Part shown: positions 10,277-23,047 of the stretch, in pieces
Numbering within the stretch: position 1 is the first letter of the stretch
Layout: each line of letters opens with the position of its first letter
Source of the DNA: Camelus dromedarius
Taxonomy: Eukaryota
Reading direction: 5' to 3'
Length of the DNA stretch: 64,000 bases
Assembly (NCBI RefSeq): GCF_036321535.1
Contig: NC_087437.1
Location: 122,142,001 to 122,206,000 of the forward strand
Notes under the pieces: generated by a model
Databases searched by the model: none
What the model was told of the DNA's origin: nothing
The model's input: the letters and a program-made list of their open reading frames with translations, nothing else
Made by a program: the position numbers and the translations under genes

Positions 10277-12567
10277 TGCTGCTTCTGCACCGCCGTCACG
10301 GCCCCGTGGGCCCTCTCTCATCGGGTCCTGCTGCTTCTGCACTGCCCTCACGGCCCCGTGGGCCCTCTCTCATCGGGTCCTGCTGCTTCTGCACTGCCCT
10401 CACGGCCCCGTGGGCCCTCCCTAACCGGGTCCTGCTGCTTCTGCACCGCCGTCACGGCCCCGTGGGCCCTCTCTCATCGGGTCCTGCTGCTTCTGCACTG
10501 CCCTCACGGCCCCGTGGGCCCTCCCTAACCGGGTCCTGCTGCTTCTGCACTGCCCTCACGGCCCCGTGGGCCCTCTCTCATCGGGTCCTGCTGCTTCTGC
10601 ACTGCCCTCACGGCCCCGTGGGCCCTCCCTAACCGGGTCCTGCTGCTTCTGCACCGCCGTCACGGCCCCGTGGGCCCTCTCTCATCGGGTCCTGCTGCTT
10701 CTGCACTGCCCTCACGGCCCCGTGGGCCCTCTCTCATCGGGTCCTGCTGCTTTTGCACTGCCCTCACGGCCTCGTGGGCCCTCCCTAACCGGGTCCTGCT
10801 GCTTCTGCACCGCCGTCACGGCCCCGTGGGCCCTCTCTCATCGGGTCCTGCTGCTTCTGCACTGCCCTCACGGCCCCGTGGGCCCTCCCTAACCGGGTCC
10901 TGCTGCTTCTGCACCGCCGTCACGGCCCCGTGGGCCCTCTCTCATCGGGTCCTGCTGCTTCTGCACTGCCCTCACGGCCCCGTGGGCCCTCCCTAACCGG
11001 GTCCTGCTGCTTCTGCACCGCCGTCACGGCCCCGTGGGCCCTCTCTCATCGGGTCCTGCTGCTTCTGCACTGCCCTCACGGCCCCGTGGGCCCTCTCTCA
11101 TCGGGTCCTGCTGCTTCTGCACTGCCCTCACGGCCCCGTGGGCCCTCCCTAACCGGGTCCTGCTGCTTCTGCACCGCCGTCACGGCCCCGTGGGCCCTCT
11201 CTCATCGGGTCCTGCTGCTTCTGCACTGCCCTCACGGCCCCGTGGGCCCTCTCTCATCGGGTCCTGCTGCTTCTGCACTGCCCTCACGGCCCCGTGGGCC
11301 CTCTCTCATCGGGTCCTGCTGCTTTTGCACTGCCCTCACGGCCCCGTGGGCCCTCCCTAACCGGGTCCTGCTGCTTCTGCACTGCCCTCACGGCCCCGTG
11401 GGCCCTCCCTAACCGGGTCCTGCTGCTTCTGCACCGCCGTCACGGCCCCGTGGGCCCTCTCTCATCGGGTCCTGCTGCTTCTGCACTGCCCTCACGGCCC
11501 CGTGGGCCCTCTCTCATCGGGTCCTGCTGCTTTTGCACTGCCCTCACGGCCTCGTGGGCCCTCCGTAACCGGGTCCTGCTGCTTCTGCACCGCCGTCACG
11601 GCCCCGTGGGCCCTCTCTCATCGGGTCCTGCTGCTTCTGCACTGCCCTCACGGCCCCGTGGGCCCTCTCTCATCGGGTCCTGCTGCTTCTGCACTGCCCT
11701 CACGGCCCCGTGGGCCCTCCCTAACCGGGTCCTGCTGCTTCTGCACCGCCGTCACGGCCCCGTGGGCCCTCTCTCATCGGGTCCTGCTGCTTCTGCACTG
11801 CCCTCACGGCCCCGTGGGCCCTCCCTAACCGGGTCCTGCTGCTTCTGCACCGCCGTCACGGCCCCGTGGGCCCTCTCTCATCGGGTCCTGCTGCTTCTGC
11901 ACTGCCCTCACGGCCCCGTGGGCCCTCTCTCATCGGGTCCTGCTGCTTCTGCACTGCCCTCACGGCCCCGTGGGCCCTCCCTAACCGGGTCCTGCTGCTT
12001 CTGCACCGCCGTCACGGCCCCGTGGGCCCTCTCTCATCGGGTCCTGCTGCTTCTGCACTGCCCTCACGGCCCCGTGGGCCCTCTCTCATCGGGTCCTGCT
12101 GCTTCTGCACTGCCCTCACGGCCCCGTGGGCCCTCTCTCATCGGGTCCTGCTGCTTTTGCACTGCCCTCACGGCCCCGTGGGCCCTCCCTAACTGGGTCC
12201 TGCTGCTTCTGCACCGCCGTCACGGCCCCGTGGGCCATCTCTCATCGGGTCCTGCTGCTTCTGCACTGCCCTCACGGCCCCGTGGGCCCTCTCTCATCGG
12301 GTCCTGCTGCTTCTGCACTGCCCTCACGGCCCCGTGGGCCCTCCCTAACCGGGTCCTGCTGCTTCTGCACCACCGTCACGGCCCCGTGTGCCCTCTCTCA
12401 TCGGGTCCTGCTGCTTCTGCACCGCCCTCACGGCCCCGTGGGCCCTCTCTCATCGGGTCCTGCTGCTTCTGCACTGCCCTCACGGCCCCGTGGGCCCTCC
12501 CTAACCGGGTCCTGCTGCTTCTGCACCGCCGTCACGGCCCCGTGGGCCCTCTCTCATCGGGTCCTGC
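10277..12567. repeat. 52-bp GC/CpG-rich minisatellite, 44 units, no indels
   Basis: Unit gtcctgctgcttctgca(c/c)(c/t)gcc(g/c)tcacggccccgtgggccctc(tctcat/cctaac)cgg. Unit starts fall at 10273+52k up to 12509. Confidence 0.99.
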
Positions 12568-14956
12568 GCGCTGGGCTGTTGGGATGCTATCTAGCTTTGA
12601 GCAGGATCGTTATTTCTTCTTTAAAGGTCCAGTGCCTTTTGGAACCGGGGACAAGCACACAAAGGTTTGATTGTGTCACATTGTTTTATTTCTTAAAGTA
12701 AATATGATGAAATGCCAGCTTACAGCAAATCTAAGTGGCATTGATAACATGATTTCTGTATTCTTTTTGTTTAACATATTCTGCCATTTTTAAAATGCAA
12801 AGACTGAATAGCAGTTTAGATTTTACAGAAAACTAGATCATTTCAAAGAAAAGCTCCAGAAAATTTCCTAAAGTACAGAAGACAATTTAAAGTGAAAAAA
12901 CATGAGAGCAAAAGTAAGACGTACGGAGAACAGACCTGAAGCAGCTCGTGCGGAAGAGCCTCACCTCACAGCAGACGTGAAGGCACACACTCACAGACAG
13001 CTGACAGACGCTGGCTGTAACTGACAGAGAGTGAGTACAAAGTAGAAACTCGGGAACCTGGAAGACACAACATAAAGAAACAGGTGAGAAGTGATGAGTC
13101 GGGTTTAATTAATTGCTGTTTACCCGGTTATAAAATTTAATTCAAGTAAATTTTTAAAGAAATTGTACATTTAGACTTTAAATTTATTATAAACACTAGT
13201 GAAAATAATTTACGTATAAAATCTCAGATCATTTCAACAAGAACTGGGAGGTACGGGGTGCAAAGCACACTACGTTTCTTGCCTTCCACGTCGGAGTTCA
13301 CGGCGTCCGTGTGCCACTTGCTTTGCCCTCCCAGCAGCCGTAGGCGTTCTCCCGCCACCGTCGGAAGCTGCGCGCGGCCCCCACTGCGAAGCAGCGGCGC
13401 TCGTGTCTGATCCGCGGGGCCTGAGGCTGAGCGCCTGCCAGTGGGGGCTGTTCTGTTTCCCCCATGTGTCCGTCTAGCGAGTCCTACACATCATGGGGGC
13501 ACCGATTGTTTGGCGACTCCAGGGAGACGAGGTTTGACTGTGTGCAGAGTCCCCAGAGGAAAGTGGCCACAGGAGAGGGAGCTTATTTAGGTGGAGGAGA
13601 AGTCCCGCCTCTCAGAGGGAGCACATGGGGTAGAGGGGGTGCAGCTTTGCAGGAAAGGCAGGCAGGCTGGACCCCGTGGCCCAGGAGGACGTGACTCCTG
13701 GTCTGAGGTCCTTGGCCGCCAAAGCTGCTGTCTGAGGTCCTGAGGTCCAGAGAAAGGAGAGCCAAGTATGGGGTGGGGGGGTGGCTTCAGTCTGGGAGGG
13801 GACTTGTGGTCACACCCTCTAACGTGGAGCTGCTGGAACCATGTGCCCTCTTCGCTCCTGCCCAGAACTGTTTCCAAGTATCTGACCTGGGCAGGCAGAC
13901 CTGCTGGCACGTCCCCAGCTCCAGGGTGCGCCTTCAGTGTCCCCTGCCACGCCCCCCTCGTGCCACCCCCTGACTGCCACCCCACACCCCGCATCCCAAG
14001 GCTGAATCATTGCCCTTGAGAGTAAAGGGTCTGGGGGACCGGGTCCCCACAGAGACGTCAGAAACATCCATCTCCAAAGCACAGAGGGCTTTGCTCCACC
14101 CAACAGATCTGCCCTGGGAGCGCCTCTGCCCACGGCCCTTCTGCCCAAGGTAAAGGGCAGTCCCCACTCCCTTTCCTGAGAGAGCGTGGACCCAGCCTCC
14201 ACCCACGGAGATGTGGACGCTTCAGCCTCTGAGCGCTCGCCCCAGCACAGGTCCCAGCCTGGGTTGGGGAGAGTGTGGGACGGGAAACCTGTGGTTGCGT
14301 CCATGGAGCAGATAAGAGAGTGGAGCTGTGCACACCTGAAGGGCGAGTCCCCTCTTCTGGGTGTTGCTACGCCAGCCCTGCTCTCTCCTGGTGGAAAACT
14401 GGTGGTCACACTGGGGCCCAGCAAGCCAGGTCACATCCCTGAATGAGGACGGGACAGGGGTCCCACCTCCAGTTGAGAAGGGACAGCCGTCCACACGCCC
14501 TCTCCTGAAGGGCTCTCACGGAGAGCTCTTGCTTTGTGGGGAGCTGTCTCCGGTGGAGATGCGCCACTCTCAAGGCCAGGTTGGGGCTCCTGCCGCAGGA
14601 ACATGCTTCCCTTCGGGAGGGAGAAGGGCTGCCCCTTGTGCGGGAGCCGAGGGGCACAGGAGCAGTGCTGGCCCTGGGCCTGGCTGTCACGAGGACGCAG
14701 AGCCCAGCCTGGGCCCCATGCCTCTTCTTACCCCACATCCTCGCCACTGAAACTGGTTGAATGCTGCAGTGAGTGCCGCTGCCCACAGGGGAAGTCTGGT
14801 GCCTGTGGCGGGGGTGGCAGCACTGTGGGTGGGGACTGGAGGGCACAGGGGAGAGCCACCACGCACCCACGCTGGGCCCGGGCAGCCTGCTGCCGCACGC
14901 TCCCAACAGGAACCAGGACTGTGGTCACCCTGGGGCAGGCATGGCCACCTGGTGTG

Positions 14957-15140
14957 GGGGTGACCCCCTGGGACAGGGGTGGCTAGAGGGGCTGGGGTGA
15001 CCCCCTGGGACAGGGGTGGCTAGGGGGGCTGAGGTGACCCCCAGGGACAGGGGTGGCTAGGGGGATGGGGTGACCCCCTGGGACAGGGGTGGCTAGGGGG
15101 GCTGGGGTGGCCCCCTGGGGCGGGGGTGGCTGGAGGGGCC
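14957..15140. repeat. 37-bp G-rich minisatellite, ~5 units
   Basis: ggggtgaccccctgggacaggggtggctag(a/g)ggggct starting at 14957, 14994, 15031, 15067 and 15104. Confidence 0.95.
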
Positions 15141-15394
15141 CCAGTGCTTTGTTCTCCGTCAGGTGTCCGTCGTGCGACGTCCGGCTCACTGTGTCCAGAC
15201 GATGTGTACGTTTTTCTGTGCTGTGACACTTCAGTAAAGCAGTGTGCAAGCAGACACCAGGCCACTCTCGCTCTCAGCAGTGGCAGCAGATACAGCTGGC
15301 CGTCCCCAGCAGCCTGCTCACTGCCCAGTCCCACGGTTCTAAGGGCTTTCTCAGCTGAGATGACCCACACGTCCCCCCAAGGAGGCCGCAGCTA

Positions 15395-15465
15395 TCTTGA
15401 TCCCTCTTTCAGGGAGAGGAAACTGAGGCACGTGGAGGTGGAACTGCTGGCCAGGCAGAAGCCCA
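15395..15465 (-). mobile_element. MIR SINE core fragment
   Basis: atccctctttcagggagaggaaactgaggcacgtggaggt resembles the MIR core. Confidence 0.5.
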
Positions 15466-18400
15466 TCAAGCCACACGGTTCACTGCGCTGCTGAGATGGG
15501 CGAGGGGGTCACGGTGGGGGCAGGGCCTGGTGGAGTGTCCTGCGCAGGGACGGTGGCGAGAAGATGCCCTGGGGCTCAGGCAGAAGTGGCTGCGGGCCAG
15601 GCGCCATGCCACACACATTCCACCGTGTGGAGCAGAAGCAGAGCGGATGTGCACACACTCTCCATGTCCTGTTGCCTCCTCGTTGGTGTGCAGGTCCTGC
15701 CACCCTGTGCAGGGTGGGCTGTCTGGGCTCTGTATTAGTCAGAGGGGCTGGGAAACAAATAGGCCCCAAAATATCAGAAGCTGAAACAGAGGCTTCATGT
15801 CATCTCATTTGTTCACCAACACGCCTGGGGCGCCCACGGCCACCAGCGCAGCAGGCAAGACCCACTGGTCACACGCCCAGTCGTCCCGGCTCCTGTGTCA
15901 GAGGACGCCTGGTGACAGCACCAGGACAGCCAGGGGCAGGACAGCGCGGGGCGGGCCCGCCCGTCAGAGCTGCTGCACCTGCCCCTTGCTGCCGGTCAGG
16001 GGCCAGGCGGTACCTGGTCCAGGCACTTGGGCCCACGAGGGCGCCTGTGCTGTGGGTGTGGAGGGAGTAGGAGATGCCCGGCCGCCCATCTCCGCGAGGC
16101 CCTGCTGGGGGAGGGACCCCCGGCACTGGGATCTGGGTCCCCGTGCTCAGCCCCCACCCCACCCCCACTCTTGCTCACCCTCGGGACAAGAGGACCCCCC
16201 CGGGGGATCGAGGCCTCTCCCCGCGTTGCTGGCTCAGGACCCAAGGGCAGCTGTGAATCATTCCTTCCCTGTAACATCAGGCGGCTCCAAACAAACCCGC
16301 TGAGGAGAAGAAATCTGCAGGAGTTCTGAAGCAGAAGAGAGGAAATGGGGCGAGTTGGGGGTCTGCCAAGTCCCGCCTGGGACGCACCCAGGGGACGAGG
16401 AGATGGGGAGCAGCCAGGCGGGGGTGCAGAGCTCAGTCCTGAGACTCAGCTGGGGCTGAGGGGGGTGCACCTCAGCCAGCTGCCTTCCCACCGCACAGCC
16501 ACCATCCAGGGTCCAGGCCCTACGTCGCCCATCAGGGACCTTCAGGGAGAGAGGATGGGGGCTCACAGCAGGAGCTGGGCCTGCGCCGCTCCCACGCCTC
16601 CCCCCAGGTTCCAGCTGGAGCTTCCTGCCCTGGGCCTCGCAGCCTCGGGGGCGGGCTCGTCCAGATGGAGTGTCTGGCGATGAGGACCTTCTGCCTTCCT
16701 GGAAGCCGCCGCAGTCAGACTCGGAGGTGCAGATGCAGATCGCCCCGACTTGAGCTCCGGGAAGGGGTCACCCGTAGCTCCAGCCGCAGCTGGCGGGCTC
16801 AGATCCCGGGTCTGCTGGGAACCACGGGCTTTCAGCAGAGGGGAGGCCTCCGTCAGGACGGCCCCGCGCATGTTCCTGGAGCAAAACGTCTCCCCGTGGG
16901 CCCTGATTTGAGCCTGCACATCTGCTGGGTCCACACAGAGTAAACGGGCTGGTACCCGGCCCCATCAGCCCTCCCCTGGCGGGATGAGGACGCCCTTCCT
17001 GGGGGAGTTGCGATTTCCCCAAACCACATAGCAATTTGGCACCCTGGGGAGGCCTCGAGATCCTGTCTGGAGCCCAGGACCAGGGCAGCCCAGAGGAGAG
17101 GCCGGAAGGCTGGGAGGGGTCAGGGGACAGTGAGGATCTGCTCTGGGCAATGCATAAGCCTCGAGGCCCACTAGGCAGGTCATTTCTAGGCCTCAATGAC
17201 ACCGGAAGGGGTCACCTGGCTTGGTGGCCATGGGAGTAATAGTAACAACACAGACAGCAGGGGTGGGAGCCATGGGAAGGCTTCTGAGTGCTAGGACCAA
17301 GGTGGGGTGGGGCATGCTGTCATGGTCCCTCCCAGAACAGAAACCAAGGCAAAGAGGCCGGCACACGTCAGGTGAGCAGTCCTGCTGGGGGGTCCTCCCT
17401 TTACCCCTCACTGGTGTCCGCCGGGACCAGTGCTGGGGGCCATGGACGTCAGGGGAGGGGACCGGGCAGTCGGACCCGGAATCCTTCTGCCACCCACAGC
17501 CATGATCCGCAGGCACCTCCGAGGACTGAGGGTCACCATCGGGTCACCAACATACATGTGTTGATTGTATTGTGAGGCAAGGCAAGGGTTCCATGGTTCA
17601 TTGTGGACCCAGACAACCGCACCCGGGACCCGCCTGTCTGTGCTCTCACTGGGACCCTGAGCAGCCGAACAGGTCTTCCCACAGGACCGGCACCCCCTGG
17701 CCCTCCATCTGTCTGCCTCAGTGGTTCTCTGTATCCAGCCTCTGTCTTACAGGCACACGTGCACACACGCACATGCCATGAGCGACGTGCTGAGACCTCC
17801 CGGACCTCGCACTGGCCGTGCCCCCACCTCCCCTCTGAGCCGAGCATGAGGGGCCTGGCGGGGCTGGTGAGTCCGCCTGGGGGGCGACACAGAGCCCTCG
17901 GGGCAGAACCCCGTCACTGGGCGTCCGAGCAGGGCCGCCCCCAGCGGCGGCTGCCGGGAGCTCAGGGTCCCGCTGGTGAGCCGCGAGTCTCTCAAGGCCC
18001 TCCTCGCGCACGTGGGCACAGACAACACATCTGGGCCCCGTCCTGTGACTAATGTTGCTCTTTTTTCTGTTTTGATAAGATTTTAATCCTCCCAGCTTGT
18101 GAAAAATGAAGAAATGAAGTGCTTTGCCCTCACACTAGAGCAATCTGGAGCGTAAAGCGGGCTCCTTCCCGTCCACGCACGGCGCAGAGGCAGAGCCCCG
18201 GGCACCCGGAGACCCGCCAACCTGCTGCAGTCCCAAGACCACCGTCCCTCCTGGCTGATCCCCCAGGGCTGTCAGCCCTGCCTCCCTGGGGCTGGCCCCT
18301 CCCTCGGGGCCCCACTTCCCTTGCACATCTGTCCTCCGTTTGCAGACTGAGGTCCGTCAGGGTGAGAAGAGGGGGCACCTTCTTCCAGCTGTGGTTCTTG

Positions 18401-19054
18401 TCCTGGGACAGTGCACTCTGTACTTTTTCATTTTTATTTTTTTAAACAGCAACACATATTTATTGAAACAAAAGTGGTGTATATTATATTGATACCTGAG
18501 GGGAAAAGCAAGTTAGAAACAGGTGCCTGCAGGGGACCCCACTTTTAGAAACACTGTGTAGACATCTGGGTGTACGTGCGGATAGAAAACATTGTGGCCG
18601 GTTATGCACAGAAGTGTCACACGTGGCTGTGCTGGGCGCTGCGTGGTCTTAACGGGTGATTTATGGGTTGGTGGATGACCTTTTTAGAGTCACAAATGAA
18701 CTTCATTTAGTTTATAACCTCCATTACACACACTAAGTTAAGCTTAGAGAAAATTAAAGAAAACATTTGGAAATTGATCTGAAAGCACATAGTAACTGGA
18801 AAAGAAATAAGGATGTCCCAAAAGAAACTGTGTCACTAGTTAATTCTGGAAATGCGATTTTCCATAATGTAAGTTGTATTTATGATTCATGAGTTGTTCC
18901 ACAATTTTCTGCTGTGCTTTGCTACCATATGTGCAGCAAACAGAGAAGGTCCTGTCCACAGCTACGTGTACACAAGAACTCTGTAGACTTTTCCACATTT
19001 TCTGAGGACGTGTGCAAATTTTTCCTCTTTTCTTTCTTTTTTTTAAAGCCAGGA

Positions 19055-20450
19055 ATACAGTAATTTTTTGATATATCCACATACCATAAAGGCCACCATT
19101 TAAAGTGTAAACTTCAGTGGTTTCAGTACATTCACAGCCATGTGCACCATCACCACTATCTAATGCCAGAATATTTTCGTCACTCCAAAATGAAGCCCTA
19201 TACTGTAGCAGCCACGCCCATTCCCCTCCACCAGTGCCCCGCAACTGTTCATCTGCTTTCTGTCTCTGTGGGTTTCCCTGTTCTGGACGCCTCGTGCACA
19301 TGGAATCACACAGTATGTGGCTTCCTGTGGCTGACTCCCTTCACTGAGCGTGGCGTTTTCATGGCTCACTCATGTTGTAGCCTGACTCAGTACTTCCCCC
19401 CTTTTTATGGCTGAATAATACGTCACTGTGCAGATACACCGCCTTTTGTTTATCACTGACTGAGGGACGTATGGGCTGTTTCCACTTTGGAGCTATTATG
19501 AGTAACGCTGCCATAAGCCTCTGTGCACAAGTTGCTGTGGGTTCTTTGTTTTCAGTTCTCTTGGGTGTGTTCCGAGGAGCAGAGTTGCTGAATCTTGAAC
19601 GACTCTACGTTTAACTTTTTGAGGAACTGTTCTCCCAAGTGGCTCTGCCATTTTCATTCTCAGCAGCAACACATGAAGCTTCTAATAGTTCTCCATCCTG
19701 TCTCACACTTAACGATACCCGTGTCTTTCATCCTGGCCATCTTAGTCAGTGTGAAATGGTATCTCATGGTGGTTTTGATTTACGTTTCCTTAATGACTAA
19801 TAATATTGAGTATTTCTTCATGTACTGTTAGCCATTTGTATGTCTTCTTTGGAGAAATGTCAATGCAAGTTCTTGGTCTACTTTTTAATCGGGTTGTCTT
19901 TTTATTATAGAGTTTTAAGAGTTCTTTATACAGTCTGGATATGAGTGCCTTATCATATATATGATTTGAATTTCTATATGAATTTTAGGACCAACCTGTC
20001 AATTTCTGCCAAAAAAAAAAAAGCCAGATGGGATTTTAATAGAGATTTTGATCAATCCTTAGATCAGTTTGGGAAGTATTGCCCTCAACAATATTATGTC
20101 TTCTAATCCATGTACATAGGATGTCTTTCCATTTACTTGCATCTTCTTTAATTTCTTTCTATAATATTTTGTAATTTCTGGTGTATAAGCCATTCACTTC
20201 TTTTATTGTATTTATTCCTAAGTATTTTATTCTTTTTGATGCTATTGTAAATGAAATTGTTTTCTTAACTTCATTTCAAATTGTTTATTGCTGGTGTATA
20301 GAAACACAGTTGATTTTTGTATATGAATCTTGTATCTTGTCACCTTGCTAAATTTGTTTATTAATTCTTATAGTTTTTTGTGGGTTCTTTAGATTTTTCT
20401 ATATACAGAATTATGCCAATTGCAAATAGAGAAATTTTACTTCTTCCATA
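19055..20450 (-). mobile_element. L1MB-type element, antisense, with an internal deletion near 19970
   Basis: Reverse complement of an L1 3' UTR/ORF2 end (gtgtgaaatggtatctcatggtggttttgattt; ttggagaaatgtc), then a jump to upstream ORF2 (tttattcctaagtattttattctttttgatgctattgtaaatg). Confidence 0.88.
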
Positions 20451-20451
20451 T

Positions 20452-20762
20452 CTTGTCCACAGAAACTCACTTCAAATATAATGATATAGGCAGGTTGAAA
20501 GTTAAAGGATGGTTAAAGATATATCATGCAAATATCAATTAAAGGAAAGAGTGGCTATATTAATATCAGATAAAGTAGGCTTTAGAACAAAGAAAATAAC
20601 CAACAGAGAGGGACATTACATGATGATGAAAGGGTCAGTCCACTGAGAAGACATCACAGTCCTAAGTGTGTATGCATCAACGGAGCTGCAAAATATGTAA
20701 AGCAAAAAAACTGAAAGGAAAAATAGATAAATTCACAATTGTAGCTGGTTATTCCCAAACCC
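20452..20762 (+). mobile_element. L1 ORF2 endonuclease fragment
   Basis: agaaactcacttcaaatataat...gtggctatattaatatcagataaagtag...gggacattacatgatgatgaaagggtca. Confidence 0.85.
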
Positions 20763-20763
20763 C

Positions 20764-21246
20764 TGTATTAGTTTATTATTGTTGCTCTAACAAAATACCA
20801 CAAATTTAAAACAACACAAAAATCTATTATCTTACAGTTATGGAGGTCAGAAGTCTTAAATGGATCTCCCTAAAAATCAAGGTGTCGACAGAGCTGCATT
20901 CCTTCTAGAGAATGTGTTTCCTTGCCCTTTCCGCTTCTAGAGGCCACTCATTTTCCTTGACCCATATCTCCCTTCCTTCATCTTCAAAGCCAGCAACATA
21001 GCATCTTCAAATGTCTCTTCAACTCTGATGCTTCTGCCTCCCTCTTTCACTTTTATGGATCCCTGTGATTGCACTGGGACCACCCTGACAATCAAAGATG
21101 ATATTCCTATCTGAAGGTTAGCTGAATAGCAACCTTAATTCCACCTGGAACCTCAGTGCCCTTTTGCTGTGTAACCTAACGTAAGCACAGGTTCTGGGGG
21201 TTAGGACATATATGTATTGGGGGGCACCACTATTCAGCCCACAACA
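20764..21246 (-). mobile_element. MaLR solo LTR (MLT1C/D-like)
   Basis: tgtattagtt...aacaaaataccacaaa...cttacagttatggaggtcagaagtc...catcttcaaagccagcaac...ccactattcagcccacaaca. Confidence 0.88.
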
Positions 21247-21249
21247 GTC

Positions 21250-21735
21250 AATTTCTTTTTTTGTCTCCTCAGCCACCTGGGATGTTAAATAATTGTCACT
21301 GATTGTTTTCAACAAATGCCCTTAAGCAAAAGGCTGTTTTCACTGTACAAGGTTTAAGTCAGAACAGTTAAAGACAAACCCTATAAATGGGGAACTGCCA
21401 GACAGAGCACATAATGAGAATTCTCTAAGAACGATATTTAGGGGGAGGTCCAAACCTATCACTCCCCTTCCAGTGGCTGCTGGGCTGCTGGGTTTCAGCA
21501 TTATTGCTGGGAAGGAGCAGATGGGAACCGGGCAGACAAAACTCCACAGCACCCCTGTTCTTACTGAGACTGAGTGATCTTGCCTGGATAAACATTTCTC
21601 ATATTTTGCAAGCTTTTTGTCAATTTCCAGAGTTCTTTAAAACTTCATTTTGACCTTTTTGCCAGTGTTCGTATTGCCTTTATGAAATAGAAGACTTTCA
21701 GAAGTGCTTATTCTGCCTTTCCCATTGTCACTTCT
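21250..21735 (-). mobile_element. Old L1M 5'-region fragment, antisense
   Basis: aacaaatgccc...ttaagtcag...aaagacaa...gccagtgttcgtattgcctttatg resembles recalled L1MC/MD 5'-end sequence. Confidence 0.5.
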
Positions 21736-22124
21736 GTAACTTCCACGGGGCGTCACGAGACAGGAGCTGACATGGGCCCGAGTCCCTTTCTTCTCATCGT
21801 TTTCTGTCCTCTGACTTCTGATTCCTCACAGCAAGGTCTACGAGGAGAACACCAAGACAGCCAGGGCAGCGGAGGAGCAGTGGGGGGTTAGGGAAGGAGG
21901 AGTCTCGCTTACCCTTGACGAAACACTTCTAAAGACATCTCTGAGTCTGCCTAACCAGTGTGGACAGCCAGCTCCATTGTCAGGCAGCTTTTCTGGCTGG
22001 CCAGGCAAGCTAGAATGGGAATTCTGAGCTCTGGCCCCCGCAATCACTCTCCCTCTGTCATTAAAACCTGCTCCCACAGAACCTTGTTACCCAAGCTCTG
22101 GGATCACCCACCACTGCTGCCGCT

Positions 22125-22310
22125 GAGGAGGGAGAAAAGAAGCTCCAAGCCAAGGAGTACGGGCAGCGTCGAGAAACTGGAAAAGGCAAGGGAAAGGACT
22201 CTCCCCGAGAGTCTCCGACAGCGCACCGCAAGTTTGGTCCAGCGAGACCCACATTGGACTTTTAACTTGTAGAAATGCAAGATAATACATTTGTGTTGTT
22301 AATTGCCAAA
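22125..22310 (+). mobile_element. MLT1C/D LTR 3' half
   Basis: aagccaaggag...gaaactggaaaaggcaagg...ttggactttt...aagataatacatttgtgttgtt. Confidence 0.75.
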
Positions 22311-22311
22311 G

Positions 22312-23047
22312 AAGTTATCCAAAGGGCCCATAACCATCTGAAAAGTGTTTCATATCATTATTTACCAGGAAAATACAAAATAAAACCACAGTGAGCTATC
22401 ACTAAGCATCCCCCCAAATGACTAAAATTAAACCAAGTGTTGAAAGGATGTGGAACAACTGAATGCCCCGGCTTTGCTGGTGAGGGCTAAGGGCACCCAG
22501 CCACTTTGGAAAACTGCCTCCGCAGCATCCAGGAGAGCCGAACACCCTCCTCTCTGTGACCCTGCAGCCCCACTCCTGTGCATTTCACAGCGGGAACTGC
22601 CGCCGCCGCCCACGCAGGGACTTGCACAAGCGCCTCCGCTGCAGCACCATTCATAACAGCCAAACTGCTCCCACCTAACTGTCCCCAACAGGGAGCAGAT
22701 AAACTGGGGCCACAGGGCGAAGACCTGCTGAACAACACAGAGGAATGAAGGACCAGCACACACAACACAGGCTTGCCCAAATACACCACCGAGCGCGTCC
22801 AGACACCAGAGTTCATGCTTCCCCTGAGGCCGTGGGACGGGCAAAGCTGATGTACAGTGACAGAAATCAGAACCGTGGCTACTGGAGGGGGGTGAGGGTA
22901 TTGAGAAGAGGGGCTGCTTCTGGGGCTGGGGAGGGGAACCCCCGGTCTGGGAGGTGCCATTTGAGCACAAATAGGGAAAATTCACGGAGTTGCACACTCA
23001 GGACTTGCAGCTTTTCTTACTGGAAATTAGATCTCAATTTAAAAATA
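22312..23047 (+). mobile_element. Old L1 (L1MC/ME) ORF2 end plus 3' UTR, GC-shifted
   Basis: ataaaaccacagtgag, cagccactttggaaaact, attcataacagccaaa, acagtgacagaaatcaga; ends tctcaatttaaaaa. Confidence 0.8.

Noticed and set aside
10277..12567. CRISPR-like array
   Set aside because: Units are contiguous with no unique spacers, there are no cas genes, and the context is mammalian.
10255..12701. Long repetitive ORFs (up to 458 aa)
   Set aside because: Translation artefacts of the 52-bp GC-rich repeat cycling through frames.
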